Shown piece by piece: positions 35,001 to 48,427 of a DNA stretch of 64,000 nucleotides (position 1 is its first letter; every line of letters begins with the position of its first letter). A model generated the notes under the pieces. The model had not been told where the DNA came from. It saw only the letters and a program-made list of their open reading frames with translations, and searched no databases. The stretch comes from Diplonema japonicum. Lineage: Eukaryota; Protista; Euglenozoa: Diplonemea. Location of the stretch: positions 558,001 to 622,000 of the forward strand of contig OZ025657.1 in NCBI GenBank assembly GCA_964019335.1, read 5' to 3'. The position numbers and the translations under genes were made by a program.

Positions 35001-38000
35001 TTATGGTCCAGTAGAGAGGCTACGAATTCACCAGCATTTTCCCATTTCCCTTTCCAGTCTAGCAGGTTGGGGAGTTCCCGCGCAAGAGGAGACGGAGTAA
35101 CTACTTGCATGTTGGTGATGGTGGATTCTGATTCAGGTGCTAAAATGCTTATAACCGCCCGAGACGCTATGGCGCAGAGGGAAGTTGACACGTCGAGAAG
35201 GCCCAGCCACAATTTCACCACAGGTGCAGCGCTCACAATCTCACGGATGCCCTGCATGTCTACAATGCAATCGGGTGTTCGTCTGTCCAGCGCTTGGCAT
35301 CCTAAGCAGGAGCACCCTTTGTGCTTTCCACATCTGTTTGTAGTATACATCTGGCAGTATCCGCACGTACACAACGTTTCGCCATTCGCAACAGCCCCGC
35401 AGCGATACAGGCCATCAAGCCCTTTCGTCGCAAGTCTTCCTTCTGTGTTGGGGATGGCTTCTTGTGCCTCAGCGCCAGCCGATTCGCTGATCGAAGGAAA
35501 CAATGCGGCGACCTCGGCACCCCCCGAGGCCATCTCTGACCCCAAGCACTGCAGGTATGGCAGTTTCTCGCATTTTTCGCTCTGTGTGAGTTGAAGTTGT
35601 GAAAGTAGGCATACCGAGAGCAGAATACTAAGGAACCTCCTGGGACCTTGGAATTTTGCAATTGGAGACGCAGGGGAGACCGGAGACTCCGGCGTTTGCA
35701 CAGGAACGCCATTCTGTTATCATGTTTTTTTTTATTGTATAGAGCATACCGCTGTGGCCTGAGGGCTCTCGCTGTTCACGAAGTGCAGTTGGGATATATC
35801 GGTGAACTGATGGCCGTGGTCAACATGTACTACACCCCGCCTGAAGCACCTGCCGCATAGATCAAAGTCGGGACACGTGTTGCAGCGGTACCACCCCGCA
35901 GACCAGTCGGACGAGTCGATCTGAAGCGGATGGTGCCCGCACCCATCACACGAGTGAGTGCTGCGTTCCACGTACTGATGGAAGTCCAGTCTCGGGTCAA
36001 CCTTCAGCGCACGCTTGGGAATCTGCGGCCGCCTCCGGGTGACTTCTTTCGAGCCCCAGGCCGTACCCGCTAACGCATTCAACTGGTGAATCGACAACGC
36101 CTCAAGATGCGCCCTCGACGGTGCCAATGCGACCTCTGAGGACCACCCATTGCTAGGAGTGTACGCCCAGCTGGCCACATCCCCTAGAAGGTCTTTATTC
36201 TCCAACAAAGCCGTTCTCGTCTGGTTCGGGTAGTGCTCTGCATACGCTTCAAGCAGCCTCAGACACCCCACTAACACCCAGTTTGAGATTGCACTTGGAG
36301 CTGACTTGTTTGCGCCCTTCACGTACATAATGCCTAGTCTGTCAACAGGGTCTGGCAACGTGGATAGCAGACCAATGAAAGAATGACACTCGTCATCAGC
36401 GAGGTTTTCGCAGGAATGCTCTGCAAGCATTCTCAGATGTGGTAGAGGGTCCTGCACGTTACGATTGGTCTCTTGGACATCGCACACAGTCGCTTTGGCG
36501 AGGGAGAAGGCAGCCTTGGTGGCCTGAAGTGTTGCTGACAAGAGATCACCGATTTCTGGAGAGGGTAGTGGAGTAGAGCAGGCAACGGGGCCATCTGCTG
36601 GTTCGAGGCGTGAAACAACAACCTCACGGGCGACACCATCTGCCAGGACCCGGGCAGAGTGCAACGTGGGGTACCATTCCGTCACTGTGGCTAAAGTGGA
36701 CGCTGCACCGGGGGAGTGCACAAGGACGCGCATCCCACACTCTGTGGTAGAGGGCAGTGCACCCAACACCCTCAATGCAACCAAGAATCCGGACCCCACC
36801 GAAGTGTCTAGGATAGAGGCCATTGACCTGGGCTTTGCGTTTACAGCATCTGCGAACCGCGTGAGCCTTCCTCCGATGGCTGTAGCCACCGTGTTTTGCC
36901 AGAGGTTCGATCCGAGCAGCGCGCGCAGCAGGCAACTTGACGCAACAGCCAATTCAGACGGACCAGACTGCATGAAGGGCAGACAAGGCAGCATGAGCTC
37001 TTCTAAGAGGCGAACCATGCCATCTCCAGGTATGTGGCATTCCAAAGGCCGTTCAATGGGCAGCGGCCCATCTTCTGTAATCCCCATGTGTGAGAACGCT
37101 CGGCTCAAACCGCCCTTCCACGAAGTGCTGACTTTTCCTGACGCGTCTAGACCGCCTTTCTGTGATTGTTGCACAACTGATTGTATGATGCTGTCCCATT
37201 CATCAGGAGATGACTGGGAGACTACAGGACACAACACTCCTAAAGCCTGAACCCTCAGTACTAAAGGAGCTTCGGGGTCAGAAGCGAGTCGGAAAAGCGC
37301 TTTTGTCGTGTCATCTGGCACCAAAGGCTTCAAAACCCCCTTGCCCGCAGCTACCCTAACAAGGACCGCCAATGCAGCACGCGCCCTGCCCCACTTCACG
37401 TTTGATTTCAGCACAGTAGAAATCCCTGATGAAATTAGGCTCGTGATAGGCTTAATGACCTTAGGGTTGGTCACTCTAAACCTCGCCGTCTTCAGAGCAA
37501 CGGATGTCATGGCTCTCCATGCGAGCGAGCGCACACGGATCCCGAGTACCTCGACTTCGGAGAGCTGCTTGACGAAGGGGTGGCGAGCTGCGAATTTAAA
37601 AGGCGGAGAGAAGCGGCACTGGAGGCATGCCTTGGAGCCTAGCCAGATAGCAGGGTGCCATTCACCTCCTGGGACAGCTGCGTGAAAACCAACAAGCTTC
37701 CCGTTGCGTGTGAAGTAGACCTCGTTGGTGCCCTTCAAAATGCCGCACCCGATGGTCTGCCCAGCAATATAACCCACCAGCACAGATGACGACCGAGACG
37801 ATGCCGAGCTAGCCCCAGGCAGCACACCGGCGCTCTCGGGGACGTTCGGTGCGTCAGGGCCAAGCTCCGCTGCGAAGGTTCCATCTGACTTCCACCACAC
37901 GAATTGCTTTGGAGCCCCACCCTCAGCAGGCGGCGCCCTTGCCACGCCAATAGCCATCGTGTGCTTAGGGTGTCTGTCGATCATGGACTGCATTGAAGGT

Positions 38001-41000
38001 ACCGACGACAGTCTAACTTCAAAATACTCGCAGGAGGCAGTCGCGTCTCTCGGGGCATTGGGCCTTGGCGCGTCAAGTACCCAGGGCTTCACTGTGTGCA
38101 GCACTTCCGTCTCTGATGCCACTGCCGATGGTGCAGGTGCGTCGTGGTTGTCCCACACCCACCCAGAGTTGCTGGGTTCTGCCCCGGGTGGGGAGTACAC
38201 AGCAGCCCCTAGGGCATCAGCCGATAGCTTCAAGGAGAGCGATCCTCGCCCAATAGTAGAACTGCCTCGCCAAAGCTCGGGGTCGAGGTGATGGTGTGTG
38301 GATGTCTGCAGAGCTGACTGGTCGTCAGAAGGAAGTGCACAACTGTCGTGTAACTTTTTCAAACCCCCTACGGCCTCCAGCCTGAGAAGATCGCTCTCAG
38401 TCCAGTCCAAGTTTAAGAGGGTCATTTGAAGGGAGCGGAGCTGCGCCATCTGCGAAGGGCTGACTAGCGCATCGGCGTCGAGAGCGGTTTTAAGTAAATC
38501 GAAAAACTCACCCTGAATCGTGCCGCATGCATCAGGACCAGAGCCTTGGCATCCGGCAAGGGGGTGCGCACCGCAAGCAGCAACACAAGCAACAGACACT
38601 CTGAGGACTTCCAGCAGTACGAACCCTTTAGGTACAGTGGCCAGCGGTAGTTTAGCAGCCTCCTTAACAAATTTCGCGCAATTGGTTAAGCCCTCGGCAC
38701 GTTTCTCGGCTAGTTCTCTTTGTGAGAGAAGTGCTTCTTCGAGCTCTTCGAGATCCAAATTCGGTGCGATGCACAACCTGAGCAGCTCGGACGCGGCAGA
38801 AAGCGTGTTATCATCATGCTGGTCGGACACGACCAACCTCCTTTGCACTTCGGTCAGCTCTGCTGTACTGGGCCTCCTTGTCAACGCTTGTTTCTGGCTG
38901 CTAGTATTCTTCAGCCCCATTTCCCTGACCTTTGTAACCATGAACCTACATCTCTTCACGAACGTGTCGATCACAAGGTCGTCGCCTTCGTCGGCAGAAC
39001 GGAGCCTCGTGCATATTGTGTCTCTGTGCAGCTCTACAGCTGTGAGCAATGGAAGCAGCGTGGCATTATCTGTAGGGCACGGGCAGGGCAGAGTCAGACG
39101 GATAAGGGCAGCGAGCATGGCACGCAACATCGTTGCAGTCCCAATACCACCAGGGACGATTCTGTGCCCTAACTCCGCTACGAGACCCTTCCAGAGGCTC
39201 ATCCCGGAGTCGGTGCCGTCGATGATCTGTACACAAATATCGTCTTGAGGGGTCTTCACTATGCCACCTTGGAAGATGATAGAAGTGGTTACCCACTCGA
39301 GTACCGGAGGCGAGGGGCACTGCGTAGGTGGCACGTACCCACAGATTTGTGTCGACGCAGTCATCACAGACGCGATGAGGTCCAGCAGCCAGCCAGTCCG
39401 AGGTGCTTGCTCTGTTCCAAAAGCTCGTAGGATCCCGCTGACAGGTCTTGCACTCTCACGGTCGGAGCCCGTGCGCCTCCTCCTCCTGTGTTCCTTCTGC
39501 ACTTCGGCCACTACAAGACGCGATGTTTCAAGTGTCACCCTGGTCTGTCTCATTTCACCCATCTCATTCGAATGCAGCAGCGAGCCCGGTCTGTTCGGGT
39601 CCCAGTACACGACAGTATAGTCACCTGTTGTATTTCTTTTCCCTTTCGTGTGCATACCAGTTGTGTCTATTGTTAACGCAACACTTGTTGCAGAACCAAA
39701 CTCATACGCATCGCATGAACCAGGGCCACTGGAGCCAGTTAGCCTGATTTCATGCCACAGTGTGGCGGCCGCTTCTGAGGAACTGATCGCTGGGTGGTCC
39801 ATAGGGTGCTCGCGTGCTAGGTCCACGAGATTGTTCTTCAAAGACCCCAAGAGTGCCCGTAGGTCGCAGAAGCCGGCAAGCTTGGTATGCAGCATAGGCA
39901 GCGCACCCAACAGCAGAGGCACCAGTGTGGATGTTGCTGTGGGCGTATCAGGTGTTTCTTCCCCTGAAATCTTGAACAGCTCTGTCGTATACTCCGCCAA
40001 ACGCTTTACTGCTTCATCATCGCCCAGTGTTGCAGAGGCAACCACGCAGCGCTGAAGTGCTACAGCCAAAGGAAGAAGAGGGGGTGCATCAGGTTGACGA
40101 ACTGCCGCGAGAAGCTGCTTTAGAGTAACACTGACGGAAGCACCACGAAGGAGGTAGTGCGCTGACGCTCCAGCCAGGGCGCCTACCAACACATTGAGCA
40201 CCGTGCGTTCAGACCTCGACAACGGTTTCGACGAGCCCCAGCCTTGCTGCAGCAGCTTCTGGAACTGCGACACCTTCGACGTTGTGGACGGGAAAAACAC
40301 CCCAGCAGGGACACCAGACTGCAGCAGGTCTTCAACTGCCTTGGTCAGCGTGGGCGTGGTCCACGAGTCGTCATCAACTACAGCACACGCATGCGTGTAG
40401 AGTTCTTCAAGCATTGCGCTGTTGCGTCGGATGGCGTGCGGCGACCACCCATTCTGGCTGAAGCAAGCATTCAGTAGACCAGCAGCACCTTTGCACAGGT
40501 CAACATCGCGTGTTTCCCTGCCCAATGCTAAAAGTCTACACAACCGCTTCAAGCACGACACAACAGGGGATAAGTACAATGCAGACAACACAGCAGGTGC
40601 TGACGATGTGTGCCTATGAGCAAGAGACGCCAGCACGTTCAGCATCCCTTTTCCAGCAGCCTTTGACCAGTGGTCGCCCGCTGTGTTCACCTTAGGTACG
40701 TCTTCATCAAGTGACGCCTCTGAGCTTCCGCCGTAGCCAGCAACAAGCAAGCCAGTGGGTTGTGAAAGTGCCCAAACATCACCGGAAACAGCATCAAGTG
40801 CAAGGGGGCCATCCAAAGGCAGTGTAGAACCACCTTCACCGCCTTCAGCCACGCCACCTACTGGTACTCCAAGTGGCACCAATTGCTCCCTCAGGAGGTG
40901 CCCCGTGTTGGCATCGTATGTTGAGATTACACGACCCCCTCCTGGGCCACCGGATTGTTTCGGCACTGAAAGCATCAGTTCCTTGTCCGCTGTAAACACC

Positions 41001-43726
41001 GAAAGGCCGCGCAACGATGGAATGTACACAGGCCAGCCGTCGGGGTTTGTGTTGGAGTTACGGAACACTGGCATGTCGGGGACGTGCTCCCATGTGGCAC
41101 CATCCTGCAGGAGAAGGTGCCTCCGGTGTGCTGAGTGGTCGTATGCCTGAACACCCACCGACTGATCCATGGGCCAGTAGGCCAAAAGCCCGCTCTCTGG
41201 TGTGCACTCGCGCGGGGGCAGCGAGGTGTGGAGGTATGCTCTGACTTGCTCCGTGGTTCTGCAATCAGCCCAAACCCTTGCCTCGGCGACACACCCTACA
41301 AACGCATTCCCAACAGATCCATGCATAGCCCTGTCCGACTGCCGCATGTCGGGGATCGACGACGTGCGCGGTACTCGAATGCCCCTCATCCCGGGAGGCG
41401 GCACGTGGGAAATGTCCTCTGGTTCTGCAGGCTTGTCGTGTGCATCCTTCATGTGCGGTTCACCGATCAAATTCCCGTTTCTGTAGAGATTCCAACCATG
41501 GGCGCCATCGTGCGTCACGCACAAGTGCACCCAGTGGTGGCTGTCAGCTCCTGGGACGGAAGCAGACACTCCCCTGTGCTGGTGTTTAGTGGTACTTCCA
41601 ACGAAGTAGAGAGTATGCCGCTTCTGTCTGTCGATAGAAAGGTGCACTCGGTACTCAGGTGTCCCCCAGCAAAGGATCGTTGCAGGAGAGTCGACAGCGC
41701 CACGAACCCAGGCCTCCAAGGTGCATGGCTGTGATCTGGACAGCTTCGGAAGAGGGTGCGAGAACTCAGGGAGGGAGTTCCTTGTCAAGGACAGCGCGGA
41801 CTGGTGGTGTCGGTTCCTTCTAGAAGGGGTGATAGGGATGCGGAGTTGGATGGACCTCTCGGGGACCTGCGTACCGAGTGTCTCGATGGAACAAGGATTG
41901 CTGGTGGGAGACTGCGCAGGTTTACCTTCTTCAACAGTAATGGAAACCCAGTGCACGAGTGCTTTGGGTGCCATGCTGGTATCTCCTTCTTCACCAAGTC
42001 TGTCGTGCTGCTGGCGCACAACCGTTTGCAGTAACGCTGCAATCTCGTCAGGGAGTTGTGCGACGTCGTTCATAGACTCCCCTCCTGTCCCTCTGAATAC
42101 GGCCTCGACGAGCCCATCCACAGCACGTTCAACGGGCAGTGTACCTGCTCTGACGTGTGCCACAGCGGCTTCCCACTCTGGGTGTGCGTGGAGGTCGCCG
42201 AGCAGCCTCCTCTGGGAAGGTGCCAAAGGTGCTGTGGCGGGGGCACTAGCTTTCTCATCGATAGGAACACCGGATGTGCTAATGATGGCCAGGCGCTTGT
42301 CTTTAGTCTCCTTAACATCCCCGATAGACACTACCTTGCAGATCACCTTGTCCTTAGCAAGATGCGGGTGGCGGAGTTTGACGTCAACCTGCCTCCAAGT
42401 AGTCGTGAGGGTATCGTAGAGATACACACACAGCGAGACGTAGTCGGAGCTGAGCGGGTCAGGTGTTGCTACGGAAGAGGCAGCGATAGCGATAGTTGTT
42501 TTGTCATTAACAGAGGCAATGGAGGGTATTGCATCGGCATCCACCGTGAACGGGGGGGAGACACGCCTGTCAGCACGGCCAGAGTTTTCCATCTGAAGAA
42601 GAGCAGCATTCTTGTTGCCAGGGCCAGGTGAAGCAATTAGTACGCTGGTTTTACCACCAAAGACAGCCAAGCCCTGCACTGATCCAGGCCCTACTGCCAC
42701 CCGCCTTTCAGTACGCAAGTACGTCGGCAGCGCAAGTCTTCTACTTGGACAGTACATTGAAAATAAGAAGTTTCTGGCTGACTCCAGCTCGGACATCACG
42801 GCCTGCTCATGATCGGCCTTCCTCTTCGTCCTCCTGGATGATGTAGACGAAGCCAGCATGTCTTCTTCGCCAGGTCCGGAATCGTAAGACATCAGCCCCC
42901 AAGCAACTTCTACCAGCAGGGGGAGTTCACCTCTTGCAATAGCTAACTGGATAGCAAGTTTGACTGCCACAGGGTGCCCCTTCTTCCAAGCTTCGAGAAG
43001 GAAACACAGCAGTCGACGCACAGTGCCACCGGTGAGCACGGTAGTGTACCCCGTGTGCGGGGACAAGCTGCATGGCACGCAGTAGGTGAGCCAGTTTTGA
43101 ATATTTTTGAGGACTTCTTTTAAAAGAGAGCGCCGTTCCAAGGCGACGGAGGAAAGCAGAGAAAGAGAGACTGCCGCACCACAGTCGAGAGTCCGTTGTG
43201 TGAGAGACGGTGGGCGCTCCAGGGGCGTGCCCAGCATGTTCTTGGAGCCGGAGTCGGGTGAGAAGTCTGACTCGGAGAAGCCGAAGCCGTCGGAAGGGCT
43301 GTCGTCATCCTCGCTGCTCGTCTCGTCTTCTGAAGAGCTCACCTCAGTGCTCACGTCAGCCTCTTCTGCTTCAGGGACTGCGAACTTCGCTGCATCTGCG
43401 CGGTGTGCTTCACACAACACCACTGCCCTCTTTGTGCACAGCTCCTTATACCTGCTTGAGGGTATCACCCTGCCCTGCTGGGTGCTGTCGCCCCCGTCTG
43501 TAAGTTCATACTCATCTGCCGCGTACACAGGTGTCATGGCAGGGCTGTTTGTCGGCCTGTACGCCCTCGACACCTCACTTATCTTCTCATCATTGTGCCA
43601 TAAATCTACTAAATCCAACTTCGTTGCATCAGGGACAGTGCTGGGGCGCCCTGTGGAGGGTTGTGGCTGCTTCTTCGCCGAAGGAGGGTCCAAGAACTCA
43701 GAAGGGGTGAGCATATGTGTAGCCAT
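32005..43726 (-). CDS. Giant HECT E3 ubiquitin ligase (~3800 aa) with LamG/ConA, SPRY and ZZ domains
   Basis: Eight GT-AG introns (35714-35749, 33865-33897, 33714-33751, 33607-33648, 33273-33305, 33174-33214, 32944-32994, 32818-32862) give 11403 nt in frame. HECT motifs FSGEDGIDIGG, FLRFVTG, AHTCFNQLDLP; ZZ (CDGC..YRCNTCPDFDLC); SPRY (YFEV, IGCG, YFTRNG); LamG (TLEAWV, HWVHLC, GLLAYW). Confidence 0.9.
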
Positions 43727-43838
43727 CACGCATGTCCCCGCTCACCTGTAAAAACCCCTCCCTCCTGTAATAATATTTGTGTTTCTTTTGTTAAGAGCAA
43801 ATGAGTGAGACACTGACTGTGTTGTGCTTTTATGTGTG

Positions 43839-45200
43839 CTAGTTGGTGTCCACGAACAGGGGGAAAACGTCGTCATCTTCGGCGGGTGCAGGCTCGGCTG
43901 CCTGTTGTGCCTGCGGTGCCGTGTGGGCCGTAGTGGGTGCAGAGTCGAGCAGTGCATCGAGCATCTTGTTGGCGTCTGTGATGCCTGATGCGATCCTGCC
44001 AAGCTGCTGGTGAGTAGCTGCTGCAGAGCTGTTAACCAGGTGTCGTGAAACAAGAGGCGCACCACCCTGTGAACGGATTTTGTTGTCAATTTCAAGGAAT
44101 TCACACAACTGCGCAGTCTGGGGGTTGTCTGTTGCCGTGTAGTTCGGCCTGTTCGGCGATGCCCATGCAGGGTCCCACGGGGTGACGGGGAGCCCTTGCG
44201 AACACGCCCCAAGTTTTTTCACCACCCACTCGTGGTGCTTGTTGACATTCCTTTTCATCTCCGCTATTTCCTCGGGCCTCAGTCTGCATTCGTCCTTCCC
44301 GACTGGCATCAGCTCGTTCGCAGCCTTTAATACTGCCAGCCACCTGGTGTCCCTGTACAAGGTGTTGTCCTGCACGCCCATTCCTTCGAGTGCAGGGATG
44401 TTGAGGATTTGCAAAAACCCACGCTTAGGAAGGCACTTGTCCAAGGCAAGGAATTTTGTGGTACCGGTGCCCTTCGGGTCTTCTTTGGCCCAGTCAACGA
44501 CAGCGGAGAACTTACAATGAAGGTGACCCGAGAAGTGGTACTGAGGGCGCAGCGTCTTGAGGAGGGTCTCGGCAGGAGGCGACCCGAGCACGCCTGCGTC
44601 AATCTCGTCTTTGAACTGCTTCTTCCACCGAACGAGGTTAACAGCGTCGCCGTAATCATAAATACCCCTTGGCCAGTCGTGCGTAAGGAACACATCAGGC
44701 CTCATGCCCCATGCAAGCATCTTCTGTATCTCGAAGTCTCGTGTGTGATAGATGGACCGCATTGTGCCGTCTGTGTAAGGCGGTCTCTCTGTGTACCCTT
44801 TATAGTAGTCGTTCGACTTGTAGATACCGCTCGTTCCTGCAATGACAAGCCCGTTGAAGTTAACGACACCACCGAAGCCGAGGAAGTAGATGTTCTCCGC
44901 CGCCCACCCACCGTAGTAGGTTTCCCAAGAATGGTTTGAGGCTTCGTGGTTCCCCCCAATGAAGATGGTCAGCACCGGTGCCACCTTCGCACCACTGTGA
45001 TACGACTCAAAGTCCCCCATTACCCTGTACTTCTGTGGACAGGCAAGTCCTCTTAAATCATCATCGTCACGAACCGCTTGGAAGTCACCGCATATTAGGA
45101 GCAAGTCTACCTTCACACCCTGCTGCCTTTCCGCTGCTTGAAGAGTTCTGTAAATGATATCCAGCTCCCCATGACAGCATCCTTCCACCGCGATTAACAT
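43839..45200 (-). CDS. DBR1: RNA lariat debranching enzyme
   Basis: IAVEGCCHGELD, CGDFQAVR, GGNHE, HDWP, HLH, TKFLALDKCLP. Confidence 0.96.
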   Translation of the reverse strand: MLIAVEGCCHGELDIIYRTLQAAERQQGVKVDLLLICGDFQAVRDDDDLRGLACPQKYRVMGDFESYHSGAKVAPVLTIFIGGNHEASNHSWETYYGGWAAENIYFLGFGGVVNFNGLVIAGTSGIYKSNDYYKGYTERPPYTDGTMRSIYHTRDFEIQKMLAWGMRPDVFLTHDWPRGIYDYGDAVNLVRWKKQFKDEIDAGVLGSPPAETLLKTLRPQYHFSGHLHCKFSAVVDWAKEDPKGTGTTKFLALDKCLPKRGFLQILNIPALEGMGVQDNTLYRDTRWLAVLKAANELMPVGKDECRLRPEEIAEMKRNVNKHHEWVVKKLGACSQGLPVTPWDPAWASPNRPNYTATDNPQTAQLCEFLEIDNKIRSQGGAPLVSRHLVNSSAAATHQQLGRIASGITDANKMLDALLDSAPTTAHTAPQAQQAAEPAPAEDDDVFPLFVDTN

Positions 45201-45279
45201 TTGGTGTCCTGCGAGATAGAGTTGGGAAGAAGAGGGGGGGAGGAAAATGAGATGGGAGGGCTTCTCCTAGAAAGGAGAG

Positions 45280-45519
45280 TCAACACCCGTCTAGCTCCTG
45301 AAGCCATCTGCTTCCTTTTATGTCGTTACTTGGGTAGTTTGTCACGCATAGATCTAATTGTGCTAGCCATTTGGGAGTGGTTTCATTAAACTGTGTTGTG
45401 TGCTCGATCGGGAATAGTAAATCTGGGTCACCCTGAGTAGTATTGTACGCTTCAAAAGGACACATTGCCATCCCTGTCTGCAGCAGGCATAACCAGTCGG
45501 GATCGGTGTCAGTTTGCAT
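45280..45519 (-). CDS. Possible small hypothetical protein (79 aa)
   Basis: Non-low-complexity ORF starting AAATG (MQTDTDPDW...), co-oriented with the cluster; no motif. Confidence 0.35.
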   Translation of the reverse strand: MQTDTDPDWLCLLQTGMAMCPFEAYNTTQGDPDLLFPIEHTTQFNETTPKWLAQLDLCVTNYPSNDIKGSRWLQELDGC

Positions 45520-46560
45520 TTTATTTCTTTTTTTTTTTTCTGTTACGGCCACCTTTGCTTTTTTTTTTTTTGGATGTATGAAATAAGAGCTATAAAAAAA
45601 GAGGAGCATTAATAAGTAAAAGATTGGGATTGGGAGGGGTTTTTGTGCTGGTGGAATGGGTGGGAGAAATGGAAGAAAAAAAAAAAGAAAAAAAGAGAGA
45701 GAGGGGGAAAAAAAAAAAAAAAAGAAGAAAAAAAGGGAGAAGGAGACGGGTGAGCAAAGAGGAAAATGAAATTACAAGAAGAAAGAAAGAGAGAGAACTT
45801 TTTCTTTCTTCTTTTTTTTTTTTTGTTTTCTTGTCCTCTTCAGCCACGTGTACTCACATCACCCTTCTTATTCTTTTAATTTTTTTCTTCTTCTTTTTTT
45901 TTTTTTTCCTTTCTTTTTTTCTTTTTTTTTTTTTACCTGTTATATTTTCGTTTAAACTAAAGAAACAATTCTCAGAAAAGAGAGCAGGGGAAATGCGAAA
46001 GGCATATAAATTAAGAAGAAAAAAAACCCCTAGCCCTTAACCAGATACCTATAAATAAAAAGGAAGGAAAAACACCTTGTTTACATGTGGCCGATAGGAA
46101 ATCCACGAGATGGAGGGAGTGAAGGAGCTGCAGATTGTATAAGTGGGGAAGGGGGGAAGGGGTGAATTGTGTTTTTATTCTTTCTTCTTTTTTGCTGAGG
46201 GTGGCATAAGTTTGTTTTCCCCCCTCCTCCCTCTTTTCCTGCTTTCAGAAACTCAGGATTTGAGGTTTTTATATTTGTCGTCATTATTTCCCCTTCCTTG
46301 CCCCACCACCACCTATCCTCTAATTTCCCTTTTTTTTTTCCCCGTTAGAAGGGAAAAAAAAAGAAAGGAAAACACTTGTTTTTTTTCTTTTTAATTCCCC
46401 CACATTTTTTTTTTTTTTTACACACATTTTTTTCTTTATTTTTCCTCAGTGTTGTCTTTTTCTCTGTTATTCTACACTTTTGTTTTTGGGGGGGGGCCTG
46501 TAAATATGGAAAAAAAAAAACATATCGAGAAAAAGGAGTGGGGTGAAGGAAAAAAAGAAT

Positions 46561-46609
46561 TCACTATGATGGGGGGGGGGGGGGGGAAGAAGTGGTAGCA
46601 ACGGCCCAC
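46561..46609 (-). repeat. Dispersed conserved intergenic element, copy 2
   Basis: GTGGGCCGTTGCTACCACTTCTT-C16-ATCATAGTGA on the minus strand. Confidence 0.8.
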
Positions 46610-46762
46610 CGCAAAAGAGAAAAGAAAAGTGTGTTTGTTTGTTTCCTTTTTTAATTGTTCATGTTAGTTTTCCTTCTTTTATGCCCCCCCCCTCTCTTTC
46701 CCCCCTTTTTGTGTAACGGCACATTTTTTAAAAAAAAAAAAGAGAAAACCAATCCTTCCTGT

Positions 46763-47238
46763 TTACCTTCCCCTGCCCCTTCCACCACGGAAGTTACCAC
46801 GGCCACGGGCACCCTTTATTGTTATTGTTATTTTTTTATGTCCCCAAAACCGTAAGCCTGCATACCTCACCGAAGGTGTCTGTGTCATTGCTCCTGGAAG
46901 ATGTGATGTCAGCCTTGGAGAGGGTATCGAAAAAGCTAGATTCCTGTGGGGGGTTTTTTATTGGCTTTTTTTTTTCCACCATACCTTCTTGTAAGCTGGG
47001 TTCACGTTCTGGCTCTTCTCCTTCTCGAACTCCTCGACCTGCTTCTGCATCGCCTCGAAGTCGAATTCCTTCTACGATTTTATGTGAATAAAAAAAAGGG
47101 GGGGATACCATTTCCTCCCTCTTACCAGCAGGGGCAGAAGAGGCGAACTCCAGTCCAGTGTGCGAGGCGTACGAGTTGCGGTTGTAGCCCTTGCCACCAC
47201 CCCTTCGCCTGTGAAAAAGGATTTTTTTTTTCTTTGGT

Positions 47239-47271
<33 letters not shown>

Positions 47272-47862
47272 AAGAAAAAAAATACAAACCCGTATCTGTT
47301 GTTGTAGCCACCGCCACCCCCACGGCCACCGCCACCCCCGTGGTGCCTGTTGTGCCCACCATCGTACCTGGGCTGTCGGTAGTCGGGGACTGCAGTGACT
47401 CTGTCCTTGTGGTAGTTATTGTGGTGCCCCATCGGGGGACCGCGGTTAGGGGCATGGTGGCCGCTTTGGTGCTGCGGCCTGGGAGGGCCCGCAGTAACAA
47501 TGGCAGGGTCCGCAGGCGGCATGTTTGAGTCAGGGTAGACAGTCAAGTCCTTGATGTCGTTGCCCCTGTGTGATGCTAGGTGGCAGCAGCAACACATACC
47601 TGAATACAATGAATTCGAAAAGCTGGTCGGACTTCGGCACGAAAGTCGCTGCTGGCCGTTCCTCAGTCCCGTACATAGTAACGCTGGAGAGGGTCAGTGT
47701 GTTGGCTGCGGCGTTGATGTCAGCAAGAGTCCCTGTATGGTGGTATTTTGTTATTTTTTTCTTTTCTTTTTTCTTTTTTCCGTGCGTTGTGTCAATACCT
47801 TCATATTTTATACTACTTTTACTAATCAACGAGAGCTTCTGGCCCAGTCTAGGGACGGACAT
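46763..47862 (-). CDS. LSM14: LSM14/Scd6 (RAP55) mRNA-granule protein (~262 aa)
   Basis: Six introns (47733-47798, 47566-47599, 47209-47289, 47072-47108, 46944-46984, 46814-46865) yield the LSm14 domain (SLISKSSIKYEG...FRGNDIKDL), FDF (EFDFEAM), FFD and TFG boxes, and an RGG tail. Confidence 0.93.
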
Positions 47863-48427
47863 TTTTTTCAAGTTTTTTTTCTTCTTCTTTTTTTGTCACG
47901 GGGGGGCGGGACAGGCCGGTGTAGGTGTCCTTGTCCTTCATTATGAATAATTCGCAACAATCAAATCCCAAAAAAAAAAAAGAAAAAAAAAAAAAAAAAA
48001 AATCACTTGAAAGAAACCGCGCTTCACAATGATGGAGAGCAACGACCCGCCGAAGGAAAAAAAAAAAAAAAAAAAAAAAAACTCCATCTTTTAACACACC
48101 ACAGTAGGCTCCAAAGTGTACCATAGGGCAGGGGGTGCATTTGTTGTCGACTGCCTCACCGATTAATTTATCAGTAAAGAATTAACTATCCAAGACGAAG
48201 CGGGTGCTTAAAAATAAAACAAACGGTGTGCACTTTGGCCATTCCGCACACAAAGTGGTGCCAGAGTTATTAGTTCACTTTTTTTATTTCGGAAAGGTAA
48301 ATATTTGTAACAAAGAGAAGGAGGAAACACGCATGTCAAAGGGGACCTCTCGTCCAGACAGTATCGTCGGGGAATGAATGCCGAGCGCCTTTGGGTCGGG
48401 TAGTCCGAAGGTGGCCGATGTCATTTA

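Noticed and set aside
7725-47862. Apparent frameshifts or pseudogenes in PDE, formin, HECT, LSM14, HAS1
   Set aside because: All are resolved by canonical GT-AG micro-introns that restore frame and conserved motifs.
48221-48270. Hairpin cactttg...caaagtg followed by AGA (H/ACA-like)
   Set aside because: Only a 7-bp stem, and the AGA is on the strand opposite the gene cluster.
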